A stretch of 58,348 nucleotides of DNA, filler included, from Circinaria calcarea (GCA_051942165.1; 3 parts of 3 records of this genome joined end to end with filler, not necessarily neighbours in it), one strand, 5' to 3'; counted from the first letter of the whole stretch, positions 1 through 12,373 are shown. Translations and numbers: made by a program. The notes: a model not told the origin generated them from the sequence alone.

Positions 1-372
1 ATTATAAAGAAAATAAAAATTATAAAAACGGTAGAAAAACAGGCTTAGAAAGAATTAAAAGAAATTATTAAATAAAATAAAGAGGAGTAATTAACGCTAC
101 GGAGAATTAATAAGGAATATTCTGATACCAGGAAGATTAGAAAATAGAAAATCCAAAAATTAATAATTATTATAATAAAAGAGGAGATTAAAAAAGAGAT
201 TAAAATAATATTATATAAAAAACTTATTTATAAGTTTAAATATTTAAATAATTAATTTATTAATAATTAATTCTTATTTTTATATATTTAATTTATAATA
301 TATTTAATTTTTATAGCGTTAATTGCTTTTGTTGTTCTATAATAATTAATTATTAAAAATTAGGGGGGGGGG
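1..372. mobile_element. AT-rich, TpA-rich block; probable RIP-degenerated transposon remnant, cut by the window edge
   Basis: Very AT-rich with abundant TA/TAA. The + frame 1 reads like a K/E/I-rich ORF broken by TAA/TAG stops. It ends abruptly at a G10 run (363-372), after which GC content is normal. Confidence 0.7.
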
Positions 373-532
373 AATATTGCGGCATTTAACCGGATGCGGC
401 ATAGCTCAGGGATCTCTGGTACTCGGACGGGTTCATCCGAAATATCCCCAGCAATATCATTAGCCTCGTCTAGTATCATCTTGGTGTTCGACTCTCCATC
501 CAGGACGTATCCTAGCGGCATCGATTACAGAG

Positions 533-3500
533 ATGGGCGACGCGTTCTCTGTTGCTGGGAGTGCAGTTGGCATGATATCTTTAGGCGTAACCGTCTGTCA
601 AAGCCTCCTGCAGTACTACAACTCTTGGAAGGACTCCCAGAAAGATATTGCTGCCATGTATTCGTCACTGGAAGGGCTCACGAAAACTTTCCGGTTGTTG
701 GAGACCGCAATAGGGGATCGCACCTTCAACAAGGAGATTGTGGTTCGAATCACACAAAGCCTTGCTTCCTGCGATACCGGCTTAGAAATCCTAAAGAAGA
801 AATTAGCTAAGGTCGAGACTACCCAAGTCAATGATTTGGAAGCGCGGGTCCGAGCACATGTTCGACGAGCACTCTATCCCTTCAAAGAGAGCACTCTGAT
901 GAAGTTACGGGAGACGATTTCTGATTTGCGAGATAACCTCAGCTTAGCCGTCAACATACTGCATATGTAGGTTGATAGCTTTCCAACCTTGCTGTCTTAT
1001 CGTGGCACGTTACCTCTTATTGAAGCTCTGTACAAAACGTCGTCCAAGCTGTTGGTAGGCAGAATGGAATCGAGAGAACTGCCTAGAAAAACCTCCACAC
1101 CTCGAGAGAAGTTTTCCATGGATTATTCGTTCATTGTTCTTGGCGGATGGATACCGCACCTTTGTAAAGATAGACCGATCATGACAAGCTTTTCTACTCA
1201 TAAATTCTATCGAAAACATTTTCCCATCCACATGAGGGTTTTTAGAATTATATTACTAATAAATTTTATATAGTGATATCTCGTCAATGTCTCTGAAAAA
1301 GATAGAGAGTATTAACGGCCAAATAGATTTCCTTATTGACAGCTCTATATCTATGACCAAGGAGATTACAGATAATCTCACAAAGATACAACTTACTCAA
1401 ATAGGGAACGAGGAACAGTTAAAGGACCATAAAAGAACTTCAGTTCTACATTGGATTTCTCCTTTGAACTTTGGCGCAAAGCAAAGTGACTTGTCGAATC
1501 AGCGACAAGAAGGTACAGGAGACTGGCTGTTGAATTCCAGCGAATTTGCAAATTGGTTAAATGGGGCTACAAGAACTCTCTGGTGTCCCGGAATGCCTGG
1601 GGCTGGCAAGACTATTCTTGCCTCAAAAGCCATTGATTACATCGGCCGGGATATCACGAAAAGAGACGTTGGCATTGCATATATCTACTGTAACTACAAG
1701 GATGTCAGCCAGACTGGAACTGGCTTTGTTGCCAGCCTCCTGCAACAGTTGCTTCAACAACGACCTGAGACTCCTCCTGAAGTAACCGCCCTGTATGAAC
1801 AGCATTCTCCCCGTAACACGACGCCTTCCTTGTCTGAATACGCAAGGGTGTTGCAACAGCAGGTCCTTTGCTTCTCGGATGTGTACCTCATTATCGACGC
1901 TCTTGATGAATGCCCAGATAACGCCAGAAGTGAAGTACTTGATGAAATCAATAGACTGCCTTCGAATATACATTTCTTAGCAACCTCCCGACACATTCCG
2001 ACAATTGAGCGCAGGTTTAGAGATGCACCTCGCTTGGAGGTTAAAGCGAGGGATGAAGATATCATGACTTACTTGACCAGTTGGATTGACGGAAAAGATG
2101 CGTGCGGAGGCCTTATAAGTGCCGACCCAACGTTACGGGATAGTGTGATAAGCACCATCACAAAAAAGGCTGATGGCATGTACGTCTTCGTAATACAACA
2201 CGCGTAGAAACATGGATAGCGAGCTTACCGATCTGGTTTAGGTTCCTGCTTGCAGAGCTTTACAAAAACCTGCTGCAAGGGGAAGACAATCGAAGGGACC
2301 TACTCAAAACTTTACAAAGCTTGCCCATAGGTTTGAATGATACTTACGATCAAGCCATGCTCAGGATCGAGACTCAAGGCCAGCGCCAAGTTAAAAGAGC
2401 AAAACAAGTTTTATCATGGATAGTCTTCGCTGAAAGAGCTTTGACAATTGAACAATTGCAATGCGCACTAGCCATTGAGCCTGGAGATACGTCTTTAGAT
2501 AAAGACGCTCTACCGGATGAGCATCTAATGGTATCGGTGTGTGCTGGCCTGGTGGTCATCGATCGAAAAAACAATATTATCCGCCTGGTTCATTATACAG
2601 CCATGGAGTATTTCAAGAGCACTCGGACCACTCGATTCCCCTACGCAGATCGGAATATTGCTGCAACTTGCCTGACGTATCTCTCTTTCGAGAAGTTTGC
2701 AGAGGAGGAATGTCTACTGAACCTCCGTACTTTCCGCGAGCTAAAAGAGAGCTATGTTCTCCTTGATTATGCTTCTCAGCAATGGGGAAATCATGCTCGT
2801 AAAGCTTTTCGAAGAGGCCAAGACATTACCACGCCTATTTTAGAGTTCTTCAAATACCCACAAAATGTGTCATTCTCGGTCTGGGTTGCGTATGACCTTC
2901 AAGGACTCGTGGATTATTCTCATTTTCAGACTTTTCCAAGAGATATTCCGGTACTGCACGTAGTTGCGTTCTTTGGCCTAGACGAGATGGCCATCGTAAT
3001 GCTGGATAAAGGATCTGAAGTTGATAAAACGGACTTTCTTGGATTTACGGCTTTACATCGAGCAGCCCTTAAAGGACGGGCAACAACCGTCCAGCTATTG
3101 TTGAGCCGGGGCGCAAACATTGGACGAAGAGATCGAATGGGACGGACTGCACTTTACTCCGCGGTAGTTTCCAGAAACGACGAAGTAGTAAAGATAATCT
3201 TGGAGCACGGCCGTCATACTGGCAATATCGATAAAAGTAACATGCCAAATGCCTCTCACATATTTTGGGCATGTGATGTCACCATTCTAAAGATTGTTCA
3301 GATGTTGGTAGATTATATAACAGATGTCCATGAAAAGAATGGTTACTTGATCGACATGCTAAATGCCGCAGTTTATTTCGGGAATAAAGAAATAGTAAAG
3401 CTGTCACTTGAGCAATGCACTGACTCAGAAACAATAAAGCATATTTCGTCCTCGTTACTATCTGAAACGGCAGGGAAAAGTAACACAAAGATTTTGCAAA

Positions 3501-4981
3501 TGTTACTCAAGCAAGGCATCCCCGTTCAAACTAAAGATCAGATCCTAGCTCTGGTGCTAAAGGAGGCGGTCTTGGGTGGCTCTGTATCTGCGGTCGGAAT
3601 TCTGTTGGAGACTGGTGCTAATCCCAACCTAAGTTTGCCTAATGAAACCCCAGCACTGATCTACGCCGCTCAAGAGGGTAAAATGGATGTAGTGCAACTT
3701 TTGGTTGATAAGGGTGCAGATTTAGGAATGAAAGATAATAGAACGGGACTTACCGCACTTCAATGCGCAGTTCTTGGAGGCCATGAAGCAGTTGTGCGTC
3801 TACTCTCCGAGCAAGGAAATTTAGCAAACGAGGTTATAGAGCCGCTGTTGGCACTTACTAGCCTATACAGATCTGTATTTTGGGAGGATGAAACCGAAAT
3901 CGACCAGGTGTTAGCAAATCCCATATGGTTAGATGTGAAGGTTGGCCAAGACTTTCTGCGATTGCATACTGCAGCAAAGATGGGGAAAGATAAAGTTGTA
4001 ACTTTATTACTGGGTTTAGGAGCTGACATTGAGGCAAAGGACTTTTCGGGGCATACGGCGTTACATACTGCAGCGAGACAGGGGCAAGACAAAGTCGTAA
4101 AATTGCTGCTTGATATCGGGGCTGATATCGAGGCACGGGTCGGTTTTCTCAGGGATGCTGATGGCTCCGTGGGTGCCGATGCTGTCGGTGTTGGTTGTAC
4201 CGCCCTTCATCTTGCAGCAAGAAATGGGCGGGATGGAACGGCTCACGTCTTATTGAGTTGTGGGGCAAATTTTGAGGCTACTGATGATCGTGGACGGACT
4301 GCACTGATACATGCACTTAGCAGTCATGCAGCAGCAGAAAAGCTTTTACTAAAAGAAAGGGCAAAGATCGACACCATTGATAACGATAGATGGACTACGC
4401 TACTACATACTGCACAAGATGGCCATGCAGCAGTAATTCAGCTTTTACTGAAAGAAGGGGCAAAGATCGACGCCACTGATAACGATGGATGGACTGCGCT
4501 GATACATGCTGCAGATGGTGGTAATGCAGCAGTAATACAGCGTTTACTGGAAGAAGGGGCCAATCTTGGAATTCAGTCACAATTGGGAATGACGGCATTC
4601 CTACATGCAGTCAACAAGTTTGAAAACAATAATACTTCTGGGATACAGCTCCTCTTAGACCGTGGGTGTGACATTGAAGCGACCAACGCTGATGGTAAGA
4701 CGGCCCTATCGCTGGCAGCCTCGCGTGGGTTACCAAACCTGATACGGTGGTTATTTGAAAAGGGAGCTCAAATCGAAGCCAGAGAGCAAGACGGAGCAAC
4801 ACCTTTGGCTAACGCCGTCCGGAATGGTCATCAAGAAATAGTGCAGATCTTGCTAGAGTTAGGAGCCGATCCAAATGCGGTGGACTCCTCGATAACGCCA
4901 AGCCACACGAGGGTATATCAAGACGACTTTGACGAAGCGTTAGCAATGGTCAGAAAGGCGCAGCTAGAAGCTGGATGTTAA
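533..4981 (+). CDS. Fungal NLR (STAND) protein: N-terminal HeLo-like/SesA-type domain, NACHT NTPase, ankyrin repeats; about 1359 aa; exons 533-966, 1274-2179, 2242-4981
   Basis: N-terminus MGDAFSVAGSAVGMISLG is typical of HeLo-like domains. Walker A GMPGAGKT, Walker B LIIDALDE and ATSR are present. Splicing gives ADGM|FLLAEL. Many TALH/TPL ankyrin repeats follow. GT-AG introns 967-1273 and 2180-2241 join the three ORFs in frame. Confidence 0.93.
4342..4560 (+). repeat. 99-bp-period tandem DNA repeats encoding adjacent ankyrin repeats
   Basis: GCTTTTACT(A/G)AAAGAA(A/G)GGGCAAAGATCGAC starts at 4342 and 4441, with a partial third copy. A similar, more diverged pair lies at about 3960-4135. Confidence 0.9.
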
Positions 4982-6756
4982 CGAATCTAAGTGATTTATG
5001 ATGGTTATGCTACTCTACACAGCGTTCCTCCCCTGTTACTTATCCTTTTCTTATGTTTATTGCTTTTCATTCTTGTCACTCTGCAGCGCATATATGGGAT
5101 GCAGCTTTACCTATTTTCTTAATTACCATATGCGCTTAGGGGAGAATTTGAAATAATCGAAGAAATAACTTGCATCGATCATCACGGGAGATTGCTTACA
5201 GCGTGCGGCCTGAAAGTCCAGCTAATTTAGCTGCTATTTACCATTTTAACCTAGCATGCCTAGCAAATAAAGCTACATAAAACGTTACTATAGCACCTCC
5301 TCCCTCCACCTAAGCAGTAAACCCTTCAAAGCATCACCCTATTTTCTCCTACCAAAATCTCTGTGTACGTCAAGCAATAGGTACTGCAAATTAAAAGCTG
5401 CCTCCTGTTCACATTCCCATCTACCCAATACATAACATATCACTTGCATTTCTCGTTGAACCTATTAACCGTTGGTCTTACATGCTACCTCTGATTTTCC
5501 CCACAATTCTTTAACCGGCTACACTTGCTGTAAACATGTCCAAGGGACTCGGCCCATGGAATTTAACCTCGTTGAAATAGTCGTGATGATGTTGAGGCTT
5601 TGGGCAACAACCAAGACTCATACTGTGAAAGCCTGATATGCATCCTAGAAAACCCCCTAACGAAATGCCTACGGTCACTTTTTGTCTCAGCATTGAATAA
5701 AGGGATTTTGGATAGGTTGAAGCTATCGAATTACTATGGGTTTATAGTAGTATATATGATAGTCATGACCCTGTAGCTTGCTTGCCCACTTGATGCGGAG
5801 CGGCAAATATGTAAATAGTTTCAAAGAAACCTACGGGAATGCTCTGCATGGAACGCGTTTTTTCTCAGAACTTCTGCACTATTCCAGTGCTTTCCTCCCA
5901 CATTCCAATAACCCCTTTTGGATAGGATGTGGGGAAGCAGTCTCGCTGGTTCCTTCACGGGAAGGTTGGGTCAGCTTCCAAAGAATAGCACCCTGTGTAC
6001 GGAGAGATTACTTAGGTAGAACTATAATCTCTCCCGAAACTGTACTTCTCCATAACCAACCCTCCCCCCCCCCCGGGACCTCCTTCGCTCACCCATACAT
6101 ACTCCAGCGCAGAGATTCTCGTCTGTTTTGCCACCGTTGATAGTTGCCCATTAAAACCTCCCTCTGTTTTCCCCTGCCGCCTTTCTATTGGTGACGTGAT
6201 CGGTGAGGGCGATGACAGCAATTTCCTATTCTTCATTATATCTCAAACGGTCCACTTTTGGAAGTTCAAAGGGGCTTACCGAATCACGTCTTACCAACGG
6301 GAGATGCGTTAGTCCATGCTCTAAACTCTCCACGCACCCCCATAAAAAGCACTTTTCCGTAGCATAGACAGACAGTTGATTTAGTTAAACACAATCAGGT
6401 AGCAATACATGCGCTGCTCCACATCCACAACGCATCAACACCGACAACAACCGGTTGGTATGGAATGCGTAGGGACTTTCAGCTCGCAAGCCCCCCAATT
6501 TCTCGAAAAAACGAGGTCAGAAAACCCCTAGGTTTCTGATTTGCTATGGCATTACCATACTGGGTATAGGTTTACCCCCTGGTGGTGACTGGTGCGGGTT
6601 TCTCCTAAACGGCGTAAGCTTTTCTCTTTCCAACACTGCGAATTCGAGGGATGTGGGGGCAATTCTCATGGCCATGTAATAACAACGGGCGATGGTTGAA
6701 AAAGTTGGGGACGTTTTTCGGTGGGGTTTTTGTAAGAAGAATATCATATCATATAC

Positions 6757-7095
6757 GGGAAGGCCGGCACCGATACCATACCGTAATTAAGCTTTTGATA
6801 TTAGAAAAGTCCCAGGTGGCAAGGGTCTACTGTGCTTCACGCGGAATGCAATCCCTTCCGTATTGGCCCATAAGAGGTCTATTGGCATAATCTAGCTCTG
6901 TTGTAGATAGGGGGAGCATTTAACAAGATTTATTAATTATCGGAGGATATTATGGAGGCGGGGAGTAATTTATGAACCTAGCCCAAAACAGAGCCAATAC
7001 TCTGTACGGAGGAGGAGATGACTCCGCGTGAGCATAATATGCCTGCCATCTGAATTTAAAAACACTAGATTAAAGGTATCGGTGCCGGCCTTCCC
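6757..7095. mobile_element. MITE-like non-autonomous TIR element (339 bp)
   Basis: Perfect 21-bp terminal inverted repeats (GGGAAGGCCGGCACCGATACC at 6757-6777; its reverse complement at 7075-7095). TAC flanks both ends (6754-6756, 7096-7098). The interior has no convincing ORF. Confidence 0.6.
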
Positions 7096-7989
7096 TACCA
7101 TAACAACCCTCCTTACCAGAAGTCACCGAAAACGCCCCAAGTAACCAATACGAGGTATGAGACGGCGTCATAGGCATCGCTGCGAGCAAAGACTATGGCC
7201 GAGCTATCGCACCGGTTTCACATGGAATGGATGGATATCTGGCTGGAGCAAGGGGATTGTGGGGGGTTATGCATTCACAGCATTTCCTTGCGACTTTCCG
7301 TCAGTGGGTTTCCTTCGAGTCAAGTCAAGTCAAGATGTCGATTACCACTACGGGACAAAGGCGTATCATATGTTCAGCTGCTTTATGGACATCTACGAAA
7401 AAGAGACTTGTCTAAGCCGGATGTCGGTCCTGACCTGAGTACGTTTATAGATAGGGCACGTCGTAAGATATCTACTGGGCTCGAGATGGCACGAGAAACT
7501 GCCGAGTCGGCCAAGAACGACAGTAGAATTAAACTATAGCTATCTTGTCGCTTCTTCAACAATCTACCTAGTTGCTTTCTTGAAAATAATTCCCCGAGGA
7601 CTATGCTTAGTTAGCAGATGACCAAACAATGTAAAAGGTAATTTACCTCTACAGATAGGGGCTGCTGGACTATATACCAAGCTAAGAGAAGCATCTTCTG
7701 CCCATGCAACACAGAATAGCACCGAAACCTCCATCTTGTGGCGGAGCTCGCTAGACCAGCAATCTTAGGTAATAGCAGAGCATCGACCTTATCCTGAACG
7801 TTTGCTATAATGGGCGAGCAGCTCGATAGTCCCATGTCCAATGCGGAACAAGAGCTTCTCAAAGTCCACTTAATGGCGAATGGCCTGCTTACAAGCTTCT
7901 TCTTTGGTAAAGCAAGTGCCGTCCCCCTGGCTATGGCAATATAGAGTCAAAAGCAGTAAGGCTGATGTTCCACTCGAAACTCCGAACAC

Positions 7990-9672
7990 TTATCCTCCCG
8001 CTTTCGAATAGAAGGGAAGTAGCGAATTAGGCGGAGAATAATCCCGCCTTAGGGTCTCTTGGCTTGCTACCTTCAATACCTCTTTGATCTCCACTGGTAT
8101 CCCCTCCTTTGCACGAGGCAGTTGAACCGCAAGATAACTGTTTTCTGCCGGAGTCATTCTGTCCATAATCTCGTTCATATAGTTCCTAACTTCGTCTGCA
8201 GGTACAACTACTCTAGCAAGCGGCTCCAACGTACGCTCACTTTGAGTAGATAAACGTATAGTCACCGGCTGATAATAATCCACGTCTTTTTGGTATGAGC
8301 CACTGGTAGCCGTTGCCCCTTTGCGAGTGAGGAGGAAAGATGCGAGAACTTGCGTGTTGCCAGGTAAATACTCAAGCAAGCTGTATTTAGGAAACAGATA
8401 TCGATCACCAGTACCCGCGACAAAGTCAAAGACAATGGCGCTGATATCTGGCCGGATTGACGGGGTGCCTTTGGGCTTTGGTGCTTGGGGTAATTGAGAA
8501 TAATACGAGGAAAGCGGCTCTGTCTTTACAGAGCTCCCAGAAGGTAAAGTCGCTAGCGAATGTCTCGGCTTGGAAGTTTCAGTGTGTGGTGGATTTGGTA
8601 ATGGGAGACTTGGTCCGCTCTGTCTTCCTGAAACTCCCTTTTGGGCCGATCTTGGATTGTCAGACTGTTTTGGCTGAGGCAGGTTTCTTTGTATGATTCC
8701 ATTCAAATCGTCAATGTGATGCTGAAATACTTTCAGTTCATCCGAAGATGCACCACCAGATGCAACAATTTTCATCAGTGACTTCAAACCGTGGTCTGTA
8801 GCTGCCCGTGCCGCTAACATTTGGATTACGGGATCCGTCGTCGAACGATCTCGGCCTGGGCTCCCGTCGGTGCTATCACGGTTCGGCATCGAAGACGACT
8901 TTGGTAATACTGATGGTGCGACCTGTGAAGCGGCAAAGGAGGTTGGCATGGGGAGATGCGGTCCCGCTGGTTCAAATTGAGCAAAGCCTTCACGAAACGG
9001 TGGCAAAACGGGCTGCAAGGAGTGTGCTGCTGTAGTTTGAGTCTGTGCTTGTAAAGACGACATTGAGGCATTCTTGTCCTTCGGCAAAGGGCTACCAACA
9101 CTGTAAGGCGAGCCGTACGTCGGAGCAGTATGATTTGGTAATGGTTTTGCAGGCTGACCTATAGGAGGAAGAAAGGTGTACCGTGCCTCTCTCACCGAGT
9201 AGAGGGTGATCTCGAAGACATGAGGTTCGACGGTCATAGAGCAAGCACCCAATTTTACCATAGAGTCCTTTGCTGGGTTCTGGACATCCACCTGTGATTT
9301 CTTCTTCGTAGTCTTTATCCAGTATTTTTCAAATAGTCCATCCGCCAACCACTTAAGCCTCGACCTTTCGATGGATGCTGCGAGAACACCACTAAGAATG
9401 AAAAGATAGGTCAATCTAGCACTCCCACTGGGGGTTAGGATTTGTGTTCACCTTGCAGCAATGTCTTGGAAGAGCCCAGATGGCAAATTCAACTCTTGTG
9501 GCCCTGTACAAGTTGGCAAGGGCTGCCCATCTTTGAGCTTCGTGGGCAGGCCATCTTCAACATCTGTATTGGCCACCGACTCTGGTCTAGGAGGTGGAGG
9601 AGGTGTCGAGACGCGTCTTTTCGGTAGAAGGTCTCGTCGATTTCTAGTCGATGGTCTCCTTCTTTCGGACAT
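7990..9672 (-). CDS. SWC3: SWR1 chromatin-remodelling complex subunit Swc3-like protein; exons 9672-9452, 9391-7990
   Basis: A 60-nt GT-AG intron (9392-9451) joins DIAA|SGVLAASIERSRLKWLADGLFEKYW. The motifs MVKLGACSMTVEPHVFEITLY and GDRYLFPKYS...YYQPVTIRL resemble fungal Swc3 as I recall it. Confidence 0.65.
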
Positions 9673-10142
9673 AATCTATCTCCTGTCCATCGTGAGTCAA
9701 CAAAGTAATTCGTCCAGAAGATTGATTGAGACCTGAGCAGATATTTAGCTGTGATGAATTGGCGGGTTTGGAAATTGTATGGGATAGTCTATGGTACGCC
9801 AAATAGGGCTGACGGGGCATCTATCTAAAGGGAGCAACGTTGCTGACACACTTCTATAACCTGAACCATGACACCCATCCGTACCAGCATGCTTCGAATA
9901 GAATAAATCTGCTGTCCTCAACAGGATTCTTAGACTTGATCTTATCCCTCGATGTAATTGCCGGTTGAATTAATGTCAAGAAGTTATATTTCTACTGTCA
10001 TGATCTCTGGACCAGTATCTTCTAGACCTCTATCAACTATTTCCTTCCGAGCTTTTCTTGTACAGCGCCAGACTCTCTATTCTAGGCTTCTTAGCCGTCT
10101 CCTCCATAGAATATAAGCAGAAGAGAAAGAGACAAGGCCACA

Positions 10143-11535
10143 ATGGCAATTGCGCCTATCTTCAAGAAAGCCTACTGGTTGTTGGCCGCTGCTGGGGGGG
10201 TCTACATGCTGTTCTTATTTCTTCTATTGAACGAAGGACTGCAGAGACAGTAAGTGAGCCCAAGTCATGGCATAGCTCATGGATAGTAAGTTGATATATC
10301 TCAGTGCTCTGTATGCCCACAAGATACATACAGGATGGTGGCAGGATCTTAATCGGCCAGAGCAATGGGGTTTTGCGAGTTTGGCTTATCCTAATGTCAT
10401 CTCGTTTTCCGGATATTAACAATTTACAGAAAATCAAGTACAGCCGCTCAATATTTCGACCCCTGATGGCGAAACACTCTATGCGTGGCATATTCTGCCC
10501 ATAGGCATCTATGCTAAACATGAAGAGCAGCTCCTTGGTGAACCCACGGGACCACCGGAAGATGTAACCAAATCAGAGGCTTTCAGATTATTGGCAAATG
10601 ATCCCGAGAGTCGCTTAGTTATTAACTGTTTGTCCACCTAATATCCTCCAAATTCCTTGATAAGAGCCGACCTGATCCATCTAGTCCATGGCAATGCCGG
10701 TACCGTCGCTCAGGGGTGGCGAACGGACACATACCGTGCCCTAGCTTCCGGTGCCGCGGATAGAATACATGTATTAACAGTTGACTACAGAGGCTTCGGG
10801 TGGTCTACCGGTACACCTACCGAGAGAGGGCTCATCATGGATGGCATAAGTTTGGTAAAGTGGGCTCTCGAAGTTGCCAAGATCCCACCCGAGCGACTCG
10901 TTCTCGTAGGACAGAGTCTCGGGACAGCCGTTGCGACCGCCGTTGCGGAACATTTTGTGGTGGAATCAGGAATCGAATTTGCTGGCATGGTGCTTGTTGC
11001 AGCGTTTTCAGATCTCCCAACACTTGTGCGCACCTACTCGATTGGCGGCATCATCCCGATTTTGGCACCTCTCAGACCTTATCCGCCGCTACAGAAATTC
11101 TTCGGTCGACATATCAAGGATACCTGGCAAACATCAACCCGCTTAGCGAACATGGTTCGTACCAGCAAAGTACTCAATCTTGTACTGATACACGCCAAAA
11201 ACGATTTTGATATTCCTTGGAAACACTCGGACGTCCTGTTTCACACTGCAGCCAACGCCACCAGCGAGACTGGATTGAGCACTCAACAGATAGACGGCGT
11301 AAAACATCACGTGGAGCTTGGCACTGCTGGCTGGCGCAATTCATGGATGGCTGGGACCAGGCATGGTGGAGTAAAGAAGATTAGGCAGGAAGTTCTGATG
11401 CATGGTGGTGAGTCAAGTGAAAAGCTTTGAGACAGCATTCGCTGATCTCTTCAAGGTCATAATCGAGTTATCACCTACGCCCCTGTTGCGAAAGCTGTGT
11501 ATGACTTGTTCGACTTGGAGCCGCGCCCACAGTAG
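10143..11535 (+). CDS. Membrane-anchored alpha/beta hydrolase (ABHD12/Bem46-like lipase); 5 exons
   Basis: N-terminal TM helix, FHGNAG, VDYRGFG, nucleophile GQSLG, acid IHAKND and His GGHN. Introns at 10250-10304, 10379-10429, 10628-10684 and 11408-11455 restore one frame. Confidence 0.88.
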
Positions 11536-12373
11536 CGGTTTGTTCGATTGTACATTGAGGTTCATAATGTTGATATAGGCGTAAAGTTATATTTTTTGTA
11601 ACTAGTCGTCATACTCTTCCCTTGTTCAATCTCTAGGAACCCGCATGAGGAGATGAAGCATGTTAGCGTCTTGTTCAGGCACCTGGAAGAGATAATTATC
11701 GTGAGCAAGAGTCATAAAGCCTTAACCCCAAAATACCGGAGACTTGATGGCCTCTTGATCGGGGTCAATTTAACAGCTCTTAGATTAGTATGAGATGATA
11801 CATGGAAGGGCCTCTGCTTCAGCCTGACGGCTCTGGGTTCTAGTGGATGATCTGAAAGTAGTGACGGCGGCAGTAATCGGAGCGTTTGACGATTCATGTC
11901 ACATTCAGTGTTTTCAAGAAATGAGTATTTATCACCACTGCAACAGAGAGGCCTTCGTCTACTCCATCGTTTTTAGATGTTAGTACTGTAGTTCCAATTG
12001 AGGACCTTACGTATTGAGCCACATTGGATACCTTCGTCACGTGGTGGTACATGAAAGGAACCAAAAAGGCTTGGCAAGGGACAGGGACAGGGTTACCATA
12101 GCTTCCAAGTCGATGCAGGGGGTTCCGCCCATCAAATCACATGCCGCAAGTACATCAATTCGCCCTTCATTATGGAAAAGCCATCATCATACCTCTACAT
12201 AGTACACAGCAATGGCTCGTGACTACTCGTAGCACCATCACGGCGGCCTTGTCGGATTCACTGTCGAAGGCAGAGTCTCCCTTTACCCGCTGAAACACCA
12301 AACTATGGATTGGGAGCTTCCAAGGCCTCCCCCTAATTTCCATTGAGGACATCGTCATTCCGATGCCCCGGTT

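Noticed and set aside
375..456. TATTGC...GCAATA as a mini-LTR after the G10 run
   Set aside because: Only 82 bp with a 6-7 bp inverted match, and the interior lacks the RIP signature of the adjacent block.
5400..6250. Short ORFs downstream of the NLR as a partner effector or amyloid-signalling gene
   Set aside because: No HeLo, lipase, gasdermin or amyloid-motif features recognised; at most an unidentifiable decayed fragment.
7157..7539. Overlapping 93-114 aa ORFs next to the MITE-like element
   Set aside because: No transposase or other recognisable motif and no clear gene structure.
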